Positions 15,400 to 28,721 of a stretch of 64,000 bases of DNA are shown piece after piece. The translations under genes were made by a program, and so were the position numbers. The notes beneath the pieces were generated by a model. The model had not been told where the DNA came from, searched no databases, and worked only from the letters and a program-made list of their open reading frames with translations. The stretch spans positions 11,966,001-12,030,000 of the forward strand of contig OX597835.1 of assembly GCA_951406725.2 (NCBI GenBank), given 5' to 3'. The stretch comes from Octopus vulgaris (lineage: Eukaryota). Each line of letters begins with the position of its first letter. Within the stretch, counting starts at the first letter, position 1.

Positions 15400-16480
15400 A
15401 CAAAAATAATGTTAAATTATAAACTATAAGTCTTGCATATTTTTACAGTTCCACTAACAGGTTATATTTGTAATGTGCCTGTAAGCTGGTCGACTTCGTT
15501 TTCCGAAAATCCAGCCTTATCCAGTCTGACTGATAATGGATTTAGTGCCAAAATGAACAGAACTACAGAAAGATATCTCCTTGGAATATTCTCTTTGAAC
15601 TATTTGTAACATTTGTGATGACAGTTCTGGTCTTAGTTCTAAGTATAAGAATTTTTACCCACGTCCTTGTGAAGATTTTAGTGGCAGAAATTAAGCCAGC
15701 AGGCAGTTTTGCCAAATGTATTTACTTCTTGATCGGAGAATAAATTGAAATGCCTTCCTATAATCAAGGTACGTTGGTGCAAGGTTCTTAGAAATTTTTT
15801 TCACTTGAGGCAGTACAGCTTTATCAAACTTTGCTCCGCACATTCTCACACTCCCTTCTTTCCCCCGATCTGTTCATCAGTGACTGTGTTGTTGGAATCA
15901 CAATAAGCTTAGAGTAATTGGTTCAGGCAGCGCGTGTATAGTTTGTACGTATCTTTTTGTGAAGTAATAGGCCTATAATTTTTTGCTAACTCTGTGATTT
16001 CATTATTGGTTACACTATTCGTTCGTGCAATAGCAAGCCAATTTCCTATGTCAATCTGACCTTAAGTCGTACTTTTGAATATAGATATTAGCGGTTTCCT
16101 ATAAAATGTCAGTCTTTCTTAAACGTGATATTTTTCCCTTTCTCATCTTTCCGTATAATGTCAGTGAGTTAGAAGCAAAGTTGTCATTTATACAGACTCC
16201 TTCAAAATTTGCCTACGGTTATGAAGATATTCACACAGCGCCCTAAGTTTGTGTTTTAGAGTAATTAATCTTCCCTCAAGCGACAGGTGTGAAGAGTCAC
16301 CGTAGAATTCTGTTAATTTATTCATAAGCTGAAAGTGATTAGGTGTAAACTCATTATTCCTCTTACATTTTATTATCGTGGTTAATTATATTTCATGCTT
16401 TGTTTCCCATCTAGGTTGCTTCCGTGTAGTAGCTTCATAAACATGTATTCTGCAGATGTCTCCTAGGTGTTCTTTCAGAG
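15400..16480 (-). mobile_element. Decayed R4/Dong-type LINE reverse transcriptase region
   Basis: Minus-strand pieces AKNYRPITS..YKLYTRCLN, DEQIGGKKGV, LDYRKAF, RIFQGD, VLFILALNPLS with stops and frameshifts; 5' boundary uncertain. Confidence 0.8.
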
Positions 16481-16916
16481 TGAAAGCAGGTGTGTATATG
16501 AGAGTATTAATATTCCTGCAATTAACATCTCATCATTCCATGTGCTCTCCAGCGACATTGTTAAAAGATTTTAACATTAGAGCTGCTGGATTTGTTTCTT
16601 AATCTTGTTAGGAATGGCTTGTCGCTTAAGAATAGATTCCAGAGAATACAAAAGTTTTCTCCGACTTGTGGTTTCAGAATGTTTCTTACTTGAATATATT
16701 TCACAGTCGTCTCTGTTGACTCGGTTTGCTTACATTAATTACGGTCTCTCATCAGGTAGGTTTTGGCCAGCTCTCAGTAGTTTGAGAATATCGAGTTATA
16801 TCACAAGAGCAAGACATTGTTTATGAAAGAAAAATGCTTGTCACCAAAATAAAAATTCTTCAGTTGGGGATGAACTTTGTTCCAGTATTTTCCTAACCAC
16901 ATCTTATATATACACG

Positions 16917-16955
<39 letters not shown>

Positions 16956-16984
16956 CAATAATAATTCTCTAAATGAGATATAGA

Positions 16985-17253
16985 CAGTGACTGCTCCGTA
17001 ATATAAGGGATATTAGCCAACCGAATATGGCTAGGGACAGGGCAGGGTGGTGGGGGTGTCACTGTTGCCTTTAGCCCCAGGCGAACATCAACGTCACCAG
17101 ATAGGCCTGACGCCATCACGGCGTCCTCTATCCTGCAAAGGGAGATCACCCACCAAGAAGCCGATACCACACACGGACCTAGGTTTCAAGGTGTATTGCC
17201 TATTATCAACGTGTGGTAGGCATCGCTTCTCGATGAACGACCAACTTTGCAAG
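16985..17253 (-). mobile_element. GC-rich non-coding element between (AT)n tracts carrying a hammerhead motif (Penelope/retrozyme-like)
   Basis: GC-rich island flanked by TA runs; HHR at 17165-17218. Confidence 0.55.
17165..17218 (-). ncRNA. Type I hammerhead ribozyme, U3-A8 variant
   Basis: UACCACACG-UUGAUAA-UAGGcaauacaCCUU-GAAA-CCUAGG-UC-CGUGUGUGGUA; 6+3-bp stem I, palindromic stem III, GUC site. Confidence 0.65.
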
Positions 17254-17273
17254 ATATACATATATATATATAC

Positions 17274-17370
<97 letters not shown>

Positions 17371-17895
17371 GAGACCAAGACAAAGAGATAGACAAAAGGG
17401 AAGAAAAGAGAATACAATATCAGTTAGGATTATGAAGTTATAAGATGAAAGCTTTAAGGATGCAGGCATGGAAGAGGACCGCGGTTTCAAATCCCTCCTT
17501 CACTGTTCACCTTCCACCCATCTGATTTCGCTAAATTAAAAAATATTCTAACGCTTTTATCTCATGATACGTACATAGAATTAAACACGCTTAATAGGTA
17601 AATAACATAAATGTTGGGTTTTTAAACATAACCTAACTCTTATACGAAACTTAAAAAAAATATTTGAACATCAGAAATTCTTAGTCTGTAAATTTTGTTG
17701 CAGCCGTCAGGGAGTACCTCCGATGGCAGAAACAAGATAGTTTGTATTTACTGTTCATATATATGTTGCAGTTCAAAGACGAGAATAAGTAAAAAAAAAT
17801 AATCTCGTGATTTGTCTGCCCTATGCAGTAGCCAAATTGGCAGCCCCTTTTTCTTTAAACGTAACATCTTGGACTACATCAAATACAGTTATATA

Positions 17896-18127
17896 TATTT
17901 CTTTACTACCCACAAGGGGCTAAACACAGAGGGGACAAACAAGGACAGACAAAGGGATTTAGTCGATTACATCGACCCCAGTGCGTAAGTGGTACTTAAT
18001 TTATCGACCCCGAAAGGATGAAAGGCAAAGACGACCTCGGCGGAATTTGAACTCAGAACGTAACGGCAGACGAAATACGGCTTCGCATTTCGCGCGGCAC
18101 GCTAACGTTTCTGCCAGTTCGCCGCCT
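17896..18127 (-). mobile_element. tRNA-derived SINE family B
   Basis: Head aggcggcgaactggcagaaacgttag...gagttcaaattcc; tail ttgtcccctctgtgtttagccccttgtgggtagtaaagaaata; possible TSD agttatata. Confidence 0.9.
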
Positions 18128-19044
18128 AAAGTTATATAAAGTGGCCATCTTATGTAATCTTCGCATCCTGTAAACCCCATACTAAGTGTTGCCAGATTCG
18201 ATCTTGCTCTGCGGTACCTTACCATAGGCACGTCATTCCTACCTTAGCCTTCAATCTACACAAGTACTGTAAGTGAGATTTCGCTGAATCAGGTCGAATC
18301 AAACGTAATTGTTCCTTTTTGGAAGACGTAATCACAAGAAACATTTTTGGCTTAGACGTTCGTGTTGCGCTATTAATCCGTTTTCATTTTTAATCTCCGT
18401 ATTATTTTTCCCAATACTAACCGTCATGATACTTCTCTGATGTTTTGCTGATGCCTTCCTAATTATGTGATTTAGTCTATTTATATCTGCCTTAGAATGA
18501 TAGAATCAGAAATAATGAGATTAATCTCCTTGAGTTCTGTTTAAGATATTCAGATCAAATAATTTTCAATGATTTAAACGTCCTCTAAATTTTTTAATAT
18601 AATTATTTTGTGTTTTGTTTTTATCAGATTATTCAGCTCATATTTACAGATGAAAGAATTTTTATATTTTCGTATATATTTCCATATTATTTCGATATAT
18701 GCGCTACTCCTGTCATTATTCTTTTATAAAGCCCAAACAATATAAGGTCTTAGAAATAATACAGGTGAATAGTTATTACTTTTGGGGCCTTGTATTTCAA
18801 TATTTCGAGGTTAGGCTCTCTTTTTCAGGGAACTGGAATGCAAGATGAAAATACTAACCTTCGACCTGTAGTATTTCATATAAATTGCTATATTTCGTTT
18901 TTATTTTTAAAAAAATAATATTAAAACCATTTGTGTATGTCAGACAATATCTTGAAAATTATACAACTCATTCTTTTCTTTTCATATTTTTAAGTTTCCA
19001 TTCTAGCTTCCTTTGACATATGAACATTCTACTTACTTTAATTT

Positions 19045-19445
19045 TACTTTTACTTATTTCAGTCATTTGACTGCGGCCATGCTGGAGCACCGCCTTTAGT
19101 CGAGCAAATCGACACCGGGACTTATTCTTTGTAAGCCCAGTACTTATTCTATCGGTCTCTTTTTGCCGAACCACTAAGTGACGGGGACGTAAACACACCA
19201 TCATCGGTTGTCAAGCAATGCTAGGGGGACAAACACAGACACACAAACACACATACATATATATATATATATACATATATACGACAGGCATCTTTCAGTT
19301 TCCGTCTACCAAATCCACTCACAAGGCATTGGTTGGCCCGGGGCTATAGCAGAAGACACTTGCCCAAGATGCCACGCAGTGGGACTGAACCCGGAACCAT
19401 GTGGTTGGTTAGCAAGCTACTTACCACACAGCCACTCCTGCGCCT
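19045..19445 (-). mobile_element. SINE family A, full-length
   Basis: Highly similar to 8910-9293 and 48337-48750. Confidence 0.92.
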
Positions 19446-20210
19446 ATATTTCCTTCGGGATCGATATGGGATATCTTTTTTTTTTTGTTTTTCATAATGT
19501 ATTTTCAACCATCCCTGATTAAATATTTGTTTCTCATAAACCTTCCTGAGGTCTCTCTGTTCTCCTGTTTAGAAGTTTCTCAGTTTGTCCTTTGTCCGAA
19601 ATTTCGTAGATGCAGGCTTATTGTAGTCGCTGTTCTTTTGTTCTTGGGTAAAGAACCTACACAGTGTAGTTATGCTTTGGAAAAATATCTGTGATGCTGT
19701 ATTGTGTGGCAATTCCTTAGAATTTTAAAGGCCACTGACTTGCAGTTAGGTTTTGGTAGAACTGAATTTCGTTTGACCTCTACTTTTTCTTTAGAGTTTC
19801 TGTGACACTTTGAACGATAATTGTTCTTAGACAATTTATTTTTTCTGGATAAGCAGACGATATTCATGTGAACAAATCCTGTCTTTACACAGTATGGATG
19901 GTGTAATTCATAGTTTAAGTAGAGTTCACTGGTACAATGTCTTTCTTTTTCGATAACTTGAAGCTCTGCCATTATCTCCGTTATTGGAATAAATGGCTGT
20001 TAGTTTCTGCTTTGTCTTTTAGGGTAAATAGGATAGATGTACCTATCATTCAATTTATTCTTCAAGAACGTGTATATCCACAAGTTATTACCAAAGAACA
20101 AAGTTACCATCCATGTATTTTAACCATTTTATAGCATTCTAGCTATCAATTATGACCGGGATAGCTAAACCCTATTTCAATGATTTTACCAATAATATTT
20201 TGGGTATAAA

Positions 20211-20790
20211 AAGGTGGCAAGCAAGCAGAATCGTAGGCATGCCGGGCGAACTGCTTAACGGTATTTCACCCGTCGCTACTGTTCTGAGTTCAAATTCCGC
20301 CGAGATCGACTTTCCTTTTTATCTTTTTTGGATCGATGAAATAAGTATCAGTTACGCACTGGGGTCGATATAATCGATTAACCCCCTTCCCCTTAAGTTT
20401 TCAAGGCCTTGTCCCTAGAGTAGCAATATATAAAGGCGGTGAGCTAGCAGAATCGTTAGCACGCCGGGCGAAATGCTTAGCGGTACTTCGTCTGCCGTTA
20501 GGTTCTGAGTTCAAATTCTGCCGAGGTCGCCTTTGCTTTTCATCCTTTCGGGGTCGATTAAATAAGTACCAGTTACGCTCTGGGGTCGATGTAATCGACT
20601 TAATCCGTTTGTCTGTCCTTGTTTGTCCCCTCTGTGTTTAGCCCCTTGTGGGTAGTAAAGAAATAGTTATTTCGTCCGTCTTTACGTTCTGAGTTCAAAT
20701 TCCACCGAGATCGACTTTGCCTTTCAACCCTTAGGGGCCGATAAATTAAGTACCAGTTTTGGGCCTTGTGCTTAGAGTAGAAAAGAATAT
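20211..20790 (+). mobile_element. Three head-to-tail SINE family B copies (about 20211-20428, 20434-20665, 20667-20790)
   Basis: gttctgagttcaaattc...cgag motif occurs three times; two different 3' tails. Confidence 0.85.
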
Positions 20791-21052
20791 TTTGGATATG
20801 AAAATGAATCTCCTGTTATAGTATTTTGTTATCCCGTGTCTTTGTATGTTGTTCATTTTAGGTGAACGAACATCTAAGCTTATATCATTCTGTTCTAATG
20901 ATTTGATTCCGCTGTTGAAATCTAAATTCGTAGAATGAGTTTTAATACTTTTGACATTTCATGTACGGTTGTCATATCTCTGAAACTTCTTATTCATTTT
21001 GATATCAACGTTATATCTCTGATTCTCAATATTATTTTCTGCACGGTATCCA

Positions 21053-21121
<69 letters not shown>

Positions 21122-21869
21122 TTTAATTATATATATATATGATTTTAATTATCGACTATTGAGATCAATTTGTAATCAGGATTAGGTATTCTATTGTTAT
21201 CAAGTAGAGACTGATGTGGTATTGATAATGCTGCGATATTGTAACTGTCTTATATTATCATACTATCTTCGATATCGAGGGCTTTTGTATACTTTGAAAG
21301 GATTTTCGGTAATCAATCCACCCTTTTCTAAGATATTCATTTTATCATTGTCTTCAGTAACTGTCCCCATGACCAATAGATTTATAGCCATACATCCCAT
21401 TGAAACATCATTTACGACCCTCTAATCGGATATCATTATCTTCGATGTGAGCAGTCGGTGCATCAGCGGTCAACGGTATCAGCGTATTATACAATTTTAC
21501 GCTAATCCTTCAAAAGTTGAAGAGATCGTAAATTGCAGAGAAGTCTTAATTGTACACGAAATTCCTCCTTGATAAATGTTCTTCTGGATAGGCAGAACCA
21601 TTCTTTTCTCATTATTGCATTTTTCTCTTCATTGTCTTTTGTATTTATTACACCTTATTTAGGTATGACTGTGAACTACAATTTCCCCAATGCCTAATTT
21701 CTTGCCAAACATGTTTTCAATCTCACATTGTCATATTCAGCATTGATCGTTTTTCAAAATCTTCCTCGTCCTCCTCGTCTTAATGGCTTCTCTAACTTTG
21801 TCGAGTGTCTCAATGCACAGCTCGCTTTTACAGTAGAGACATATCTGAGAAACTCCAAGAAAATAAACC

Positions 21870-21948
21870 AGATTGACATCGGAAATTGGCTTGCTATTGC
21901 ACGAACGAATCGTGTAACCAATGACGAAATCACAGAGTTAGCAAAAAA
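21870..21948 (+). mobile_element. Short R4-type LINE fragment, inverted near-copy of 15979-16058
   Basis: cagattgacatcggaaattggcttgctattgcacgaacgaat...gagttagcaaaaa. Confidence 0.75.
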
Positions 21949-22372
21949 TCCACCAAACAGTCACCATTATTTTTTCTACCCATCGCTGGCTCTTGAAATT
22001 CTTAAGCATAGGAAAGAATTCGGACTCCATTCTTTGGACTAAGACATTATTTCCTGATCCTGAAGATGCGTTAACATTTTATCCAACACACATACTTTGG
22101 CCCCACTAAACACACATACAAAACAACGATTTTTTAGACGCTGTTTGGCATAAATACAGACATGTGTGTGTATGAGTGTGTGTGCGCGCGCGTGTGTGAG
22201 TGCGTGTTTCATGTATACAATGCTTCTGCAGTTTCGATCGACCAAAACCCATTCCAAACAGAACGGCAGCATCAATATTTTAGTTGCAAACACATGTTCA
22301 AGAGACTGCCATGCAGAGGGATCGAACCGGAAAACTCGTGGTTATACAGCGAACCCTTTAATCATATCAACG

Positions 22373-22432
<60 letters not shown>

Positions 22433-22438
22433 ATTTTT

Positions 22439-22476
<38 letters not shown>

Positions 22477-22624
22477 GTATGTATGCATATATATGCATAC
22501 ATACATACACACATATAAATGAGTGTGTGGTTTCATGCATAAAAGAAACACAAACATACGTATGAGTACATATGCATTTACATACACACACTCACTATAT
22601 ATACATATATATACATATATATAT

Positions 22625-22742
<118 letters not shown>

Positions 22743-23382
22743 ATATATATATATTATTCTCCAGACTCATAAACGATTTCATATGCCTACATTTTCGCGC
22801 ATCACGTATTGTATGAAGACGTTTATTTACCGATACATACATGTATAACATATTTTATGTATACAGGGACTGAAAAACATGCCTCACTACTATAAAAGGT
22901 CATGCACAAATACATCCAGAAAAAAACCCACATACACACACATGCATGCTTGCATACGTACATACATACACACACATACATGTTCAATCACATGACAAGG
23001 ACATACATAGATTCATACATATTATTAACTTCCCCTTTGTTTACACATTCACTCGGAGCGGAAATTTGCATTCATGTGACCTCCATACAGAATTCATTCC
23101 TTGATAAAACAGCATTTCTCATACAAAAGCTGACTTGCAAGACTTAATGCCCACCCCACCCCCTCTCCCTCTCCCTCTCACCCCCACCCCGCCCCACTCC
23201 GCTCCAGTTCCTTGTTCTTGTTTGTTTGTTTTTTTTTTCCGTTTCCCGTTCCACCTTCTTTTCACACTTTGTCACTATAGCAGTTTTTCTCGTTGATCCT
23301 GTAATGACGCAATCTCTATTCACGTAGATACAAACACGCACAGACGCACACACAGCGAAATATATGCAGGTAAAACTACATG

Positions 23383-23473
<91 letters not shown>

Positions 23474-23615
23474 CATATATATATATATATATATAGACAT
23501 GTATACATATATATGTACATATATATAGATATATATACATGTATATATATATATATATATATATCTATATATATATATATATATATATATATGAATATAA
23601 ATATCTATATTTGTC

Positions 23616-23657
<42 letters not shown>

Positions 23658-23857
23658 CGTAGGTATGTATGAAAATATGTTTGTATATGCATATACGTGT
23701 GCATACATATTATATATATATATAATGCATCTATCTTGCTGCATAAGCACACTCACGCATACATATTTGTGCGCATTATCATCGCTAATATCATCATCAT
23801 CATCATCATCATCATTATGGTATTTATTTTATATATTTTCATGATTTTTTGGTGTCA

Positions 23858-23897
<40 letters not shown>

Positions 23898-23995
23898 TAT
23901 TATCATCATTTTCATCCTTATTGTTATTGTCATCATAATCATCATCATCATCATTATCGTCGCCATTATTATTGCCAACATTTTGTGCGACTACA

Positions 23996-24058
<63 letters not shown>

Positions 24059-24144
24059 GTTTACAATATATAATATATATATATATATATACATATGCAT
24101 ATATTCTTACGTACATGAATGTATTTATATATATATAGATATAG

Positions 24145-24190
<46 letters not shown>

Positions 24191-24606
24191 GTGTATATAT
24201 ATATAAATGTATGAATGTTTGTTTGTATATAGGTTAAGCCATAAAAAATGCACGAAAGATCCTAATAACTCCGGGTATGATAATTTTTTGTGACATATAT
24301 TTGATTGAGGTTTTCTTTTTTCCCTGTTTTTGCCCTCTTCCTCAGAGATTACATGCATATTCATAAATGACTGAGGACGGACAATATGTATCTACAAATC
24401 TAAATGTCTTGAAATTTTCTTTTTTATTTACATTACACCAGTTCGAGATTTTTATAGGAAGCTTCTGAAAACCCATTATGCAAAAGTATACTTGCTCTTT
24501 CGGTTTCTTTGTGAAACACGCTCTCGCTAAGGGCAATTCACAAATATACATACATATATACATAGATATACATATATACAATATATATATATATATATAC
24601 ATTCAA

Positions 24607-24672
<66 letters not shown>

Positions 24673-25040
24673 TTATGTATATAAATGTATGTATGTATAT
24701 CAAACAGGTTTCTTTGTGAACATAAAAGTAAAGTAAAGAAGAAAATGGAATGAGAAATATATACTAATGCAGTTTTCAAGATTTGAATAAATCAACGCAG
24801 TGTTTTCGTTATTTGTAAAAATGTTAAGTTATAAAGTAAGATAAAAAAAAAAAGGAAAACTGCGTCAAACACAAAATGAAAATGTGTGGAAATGGTGTTA
24901 AAAAAATATATATACTGGTGCATGATATTAAGATTATAATCTGAGAATTAAATGGAGATCGAAGCCAAGCAGCTGTGCCATCAGACGTTTAAATATTATA
25001 TAAGCTATACACACACGCATTTACATACATGTATACATAT

Positions 25041-25044
<4 letters not shown>

Positions 25045-25077
<33 letters not shown>

Positions 25078-25106
25078 CATACATACATACATACATACAT
25101 ACATAC

Positions 25107-25156
<50 letters not shown>

Positions 25157-25185
25157 GGATAGATAGAGATGGTAGATAGATAGAT

Positions 25186-25274
<89 letters not shown>

Positions 25275-25277
25275 TGG

Positions 25278-25368
<91 letters not shown>

Positions 25369-25370
25369 AC
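25045..25370. repeat. Compound (GA)n/(ACAT)n/(GATA)n microsatellite
   Basis: Direct observation. Confidence 0.95.
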
Positions 25371-25595
25371 AGACAAACATACAGACAAATAGATAGGTAG
25401 ATTGATATGTATCTCTCTCTATATATATATATGATACGCATACAAACAAATATATATACGCGCACGTGTGTGTGCGCGAGTGTAAGAATATAAGTACTTC
25501 TCTATGCGTTTGTATATCCTTTAGAATTCTTCCAAAAAAGAGGTGTGTTCCGTTTACACTTGATGTTGCTGTTCATATTCCAGCATTCCCCGTGT

Positions 25596-25651
<56 letters not shown>

Positions 25652-25657
<6 letters not shown>

Positions 25658-25932
25658 AATATTAGGGAATAAATCCAAATTTACAGGGAAAAAATCAGAT
25701 TTAGGATTAAATCCAATTTTATAGTAAAATATTATATAATATTAATTCGAGACAAAACCACTATTTTGCAAAACAAATTAAAACAGATTAGGAGATCGAA
25801 AATCCACCTGACGAATGTCATTGAAGACATGAAACGATTGTAGTGGCGGTTTATTTCTTTATATTAAAAAAGTTTTATGTATTGATTAAGTCTTTCCTTG
25901 TTTGTTTTGCAAAATAGTGGTTTTGTCTCGAA

Positions 25933-25945
<13 letters not shown>
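25652..25945 (+). mobile_element. (AT)n-embedded element with 45-bp perfect inverted repeats (25733-25777 / 25901-25945) enclosing a hammerhead
   Basis: tatataatattaattcgagacaaaaccactattttgcaaaacaaa ... tttgttttgcaaaatagtggttttgtctcgaattaatattatata. Confidence 0.75.
25804..25846 (+). ncRNA. Minimal type I hammerhead ribozyme
   Basis: CCAC-CUGACGA-AUGUC(auugaa)GACAU-GAAA-CGAUUG-UA-GUGG: canonical core, perfect stems I and II, GUA site. Confidence 0.82.
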
Positions 25946-26018
<73 letters not shown>

Positions 26019-26194
26019 GTAGTGAATAAAAGAGGCATTGTCTGTGTTTATCCTAGGCCATTACTGCCTTTCCTGCGAATACCATTCCGTATTGTCGCAA
26101 TACCTGGTAGTAACACTGCCATTTTAGGTCGACCGCTGAATCACATGAATTGTCTTCCTCCTCGGATTACTGCTGACATTCTATATTCTTGTAT

Positions 26195-26417
26195 TCGTTC
26201 ATTCTTTTATTTGCTTCAGTCATTTGAGTGCGGCCATCCTGGAGCACCGCCTTAAAGGGCTTATTTTGTTTAGTCGAAGAAATCGCCCCTAGGACTTATT
26301 TTTTGTAAGCCTGGTGCCTAATCTATCGGTCTGTCTTGCAGAACATCTACGTTACGGGGAACTAAACACAACTACATCGGTTGTCAAGCGATGGTTGGGA
26401 CAAACGGAGACACAAAG

Positions 26418-26462
<45 letters not shown>

Positions 26463-26470
26463 TATACACA
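26195..26470 (-). mobile_element. SINE family A, 3' half, diverged
   Basis: cagtcatttgagtgcggccatcctggagcaccgcc...ggttgtcaagcgatgg. Confidence 0.85.
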
Positions 26471-26670
26471 CATATACATATATAAATATATATATATATA
26501 TAGCAATCTCTATACCATAATTAAAACAGACTGCTAGCATCTGCTTGCTAATTGATACTTGCTACTGACGAAGCTCATTGAGATAGAAAAGCGTATTAAG
26601 TTGTGCCTTCATTGCTTTTCTGCCGGACGATTTTCGTCTGTTACTGATATATCTGCGTTTCGTTAAAAGC

Positions 26671-26948
26671 ATTTATAAGTAAATATTGCATTAATATGTA
26701 GTTGAAGTTCTCTTATGAGACTCGGGAAAATGGTGAGGATTTTCACTTCTGAATAACCTCAAAATGACTTTTCGAAAATGCTCACTGAAGGACTTCAAGA
26801 CTCAATTATGCTACAGGAGCGTATAAATCTCATATTTCTTAGTACACTTCAACAGTTACGGTTTCAAAGAAGAGTATTAATGCTGTTTGTGGAATGCCTT
26901 CCATTTTACAAAAGTACAACAGAGTATTGTGAAGACTCTATGCCAGTC
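26671..26948. repeat. Local duplication, copy 1 (copy 2 = 28313-28336 plus 28722-28971)
   Basis: About 250 bp near-identical from tagttgaagttctcttatgagactcggg to tgccagtc. Confidence 0.92.
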
Positions 26949-27895
26949 TTTAAGGGATGCTTATCTGAGACAATTACCGCAGTTTAACAGAAACTAACGG
27001 TATATTTTCTTTCAGCCATTGAACTGCGACCGATATACAGAAGTATGGCCTTGAAAGAAAAATATGAACTCCTCACGAATATGAGTGTCTTCCTATTTCA
27101 TTACGTATATATAATACCAATTTTAGAATATGTACTGCCGAATATAATTGATATTCTAATATGTGGGTGCGTGTGCAAGTGTACGCGAGTGTGCGCGAGT
27201 GTGTGCGAGTGTGTGCGAATGTGTATGTGTGTGTTTGTGCGCGTGCGTGCGTTTTATTTAAATGTGCTTTTAATATATTTATTGATACGTAGTTATTACT
27301 GCACGACATATAAAAACTGAAGCACGCAAAATGGTATTAATTTTATATTGAAACGATTTTAAGCATTACCTGAAGAATTTTTGGGGTCTTTTAGGTTTTT
27401 TATTCGGATTTTTTTTTTTTGATTTTTTTTTGGGGTTTTTTATTTGGATTTTTTTTGTTTTTGTTTTTTTTTTTTTGTTCTATTATGTTAAGTAAAATAC
27501 AGAAAATCTTTCTCCTGGCTCAGAAACAGACCCAGGGTAATTTTTGGCAAAATAGCATCAGAAATTTCACCGACAAACCTACTGCCAAACTATGCCATTA
27601 AACAACTTGATCTTTATTGTAAAAAGCTTTCTCTCTCTTTTGCGATATACTTCACCTTTTTCTGGCAGCTGGCCAGTAATTCTTTGAAACTCGAAATGTT
27701 ATAAAAAAATATATTCTTTCCTTCATATTACTGTCGTTGTCCCCACCGAAGCTCTCTTTGTTGTTACCAATGTTAATGGCATCAACAATGACACTAACAA
27801 TGTAAACGCAGTTATATTTCTGTCACACGGTTCAAACTATTTATATTTTATTCGCGCGTGAATACTCAACATTTCCTACAAATCACTTGTTTTAA

Positions 27896-28206
27896 CCCCT
27901 TACCCGGCAGAAACGAATATATGCGTTTTGACCGAAATCGTTTTTTTTTTCTATCTCTGGCGAGTTAACTCGTCAAAAGATAGACTCGCCATAATCTACA
28001 GCAAACGAGTTCCTTCGTCTAAAAACGGGTTAACTCGTTTCTGCCCAAAGCGGTAATTTAAAATCAATATTATTGAATTAAAATTCATAATAAATAAGGT
28101 TTGAAATATACCTCGAAATCACCATTCAAAACATAGTAAAATAAAACAATTAAAAAATATGTCTGAAAAAATACATTTATTTTCAAAATAATTGTTGGGT
28201 AAGGGG
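27896..28206. mobile_element. piggyBac-like MITE
   Basis: TTAA|CCCCTTACCC ... GGGTAAGGGG|TTAA (TSDs 27892-27895 and 28207-28210); internal inverted ggcagaaacga/tcgtttctgcc. Confidence 0.8.
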
Positions 28207-28336
28207 TTAAGAGGCATTGAAGTAAAACTACTAAATTATGCCGTTCCTACACTTAAAGTTTTAAAACGGTGTGATGCTGTGCTTACAACCGACCGTTACA
28301 CGCAGCAATAATATTTATAAGTAAATATTGGATTAA

Positions 28337-28721
28337 CGGTCGTTTAGAAAAAGCGCGGGCTAAAACTACGCGCCTTCACTAGTCAGTTAAGGCGAGACAG
28401 TGTCACGTGACAACTTGCGGGGGCTGCCTGCTGGAGCCTATGCGGCAGGTATTTTAAGGGAGAAATTTGACAAGACAGTCAGTCACCGGCTGACACTCGC
28501 TGACGATACATCGAAGAGGCCAGGGAACAGAAGAAAGAAGAAGACATGCACCCAACACCAGAGCTGAAGACACCTCCGAAAGGGGGGGTGCCCGCCACGT
28601 CAAAACGGTAGAGGAGTAGGGGCCGAAACCGGACGTGGTTCTTCCTGATGATGTCTTGAGCTAACTGGATCCTATAAAGGAGCTGTTGTGGTAGCAAACC
28701 ACGAAACACGGTTGTAATTCC
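28337..28721 (+). mobile_element. GC-rich insertion (about 385 bp) absent from the paralogous duplicate, ending in a degenerate hammerhead
   Basis: Empty site at about 26694-26699; AGGAG-CTGTT-GTGGTagcaaACCAC-GAAA-CACGGTTG-TA-ATTCCT at 28678-28722. Confidence 0.6.

Noticed and set aside
28564-28590. CTGAAGA-cacctcc-GAAA-gggggggtg
   Set aside because: GAAA is the tetraloop of a simple hairpin, not the hammerhead junction
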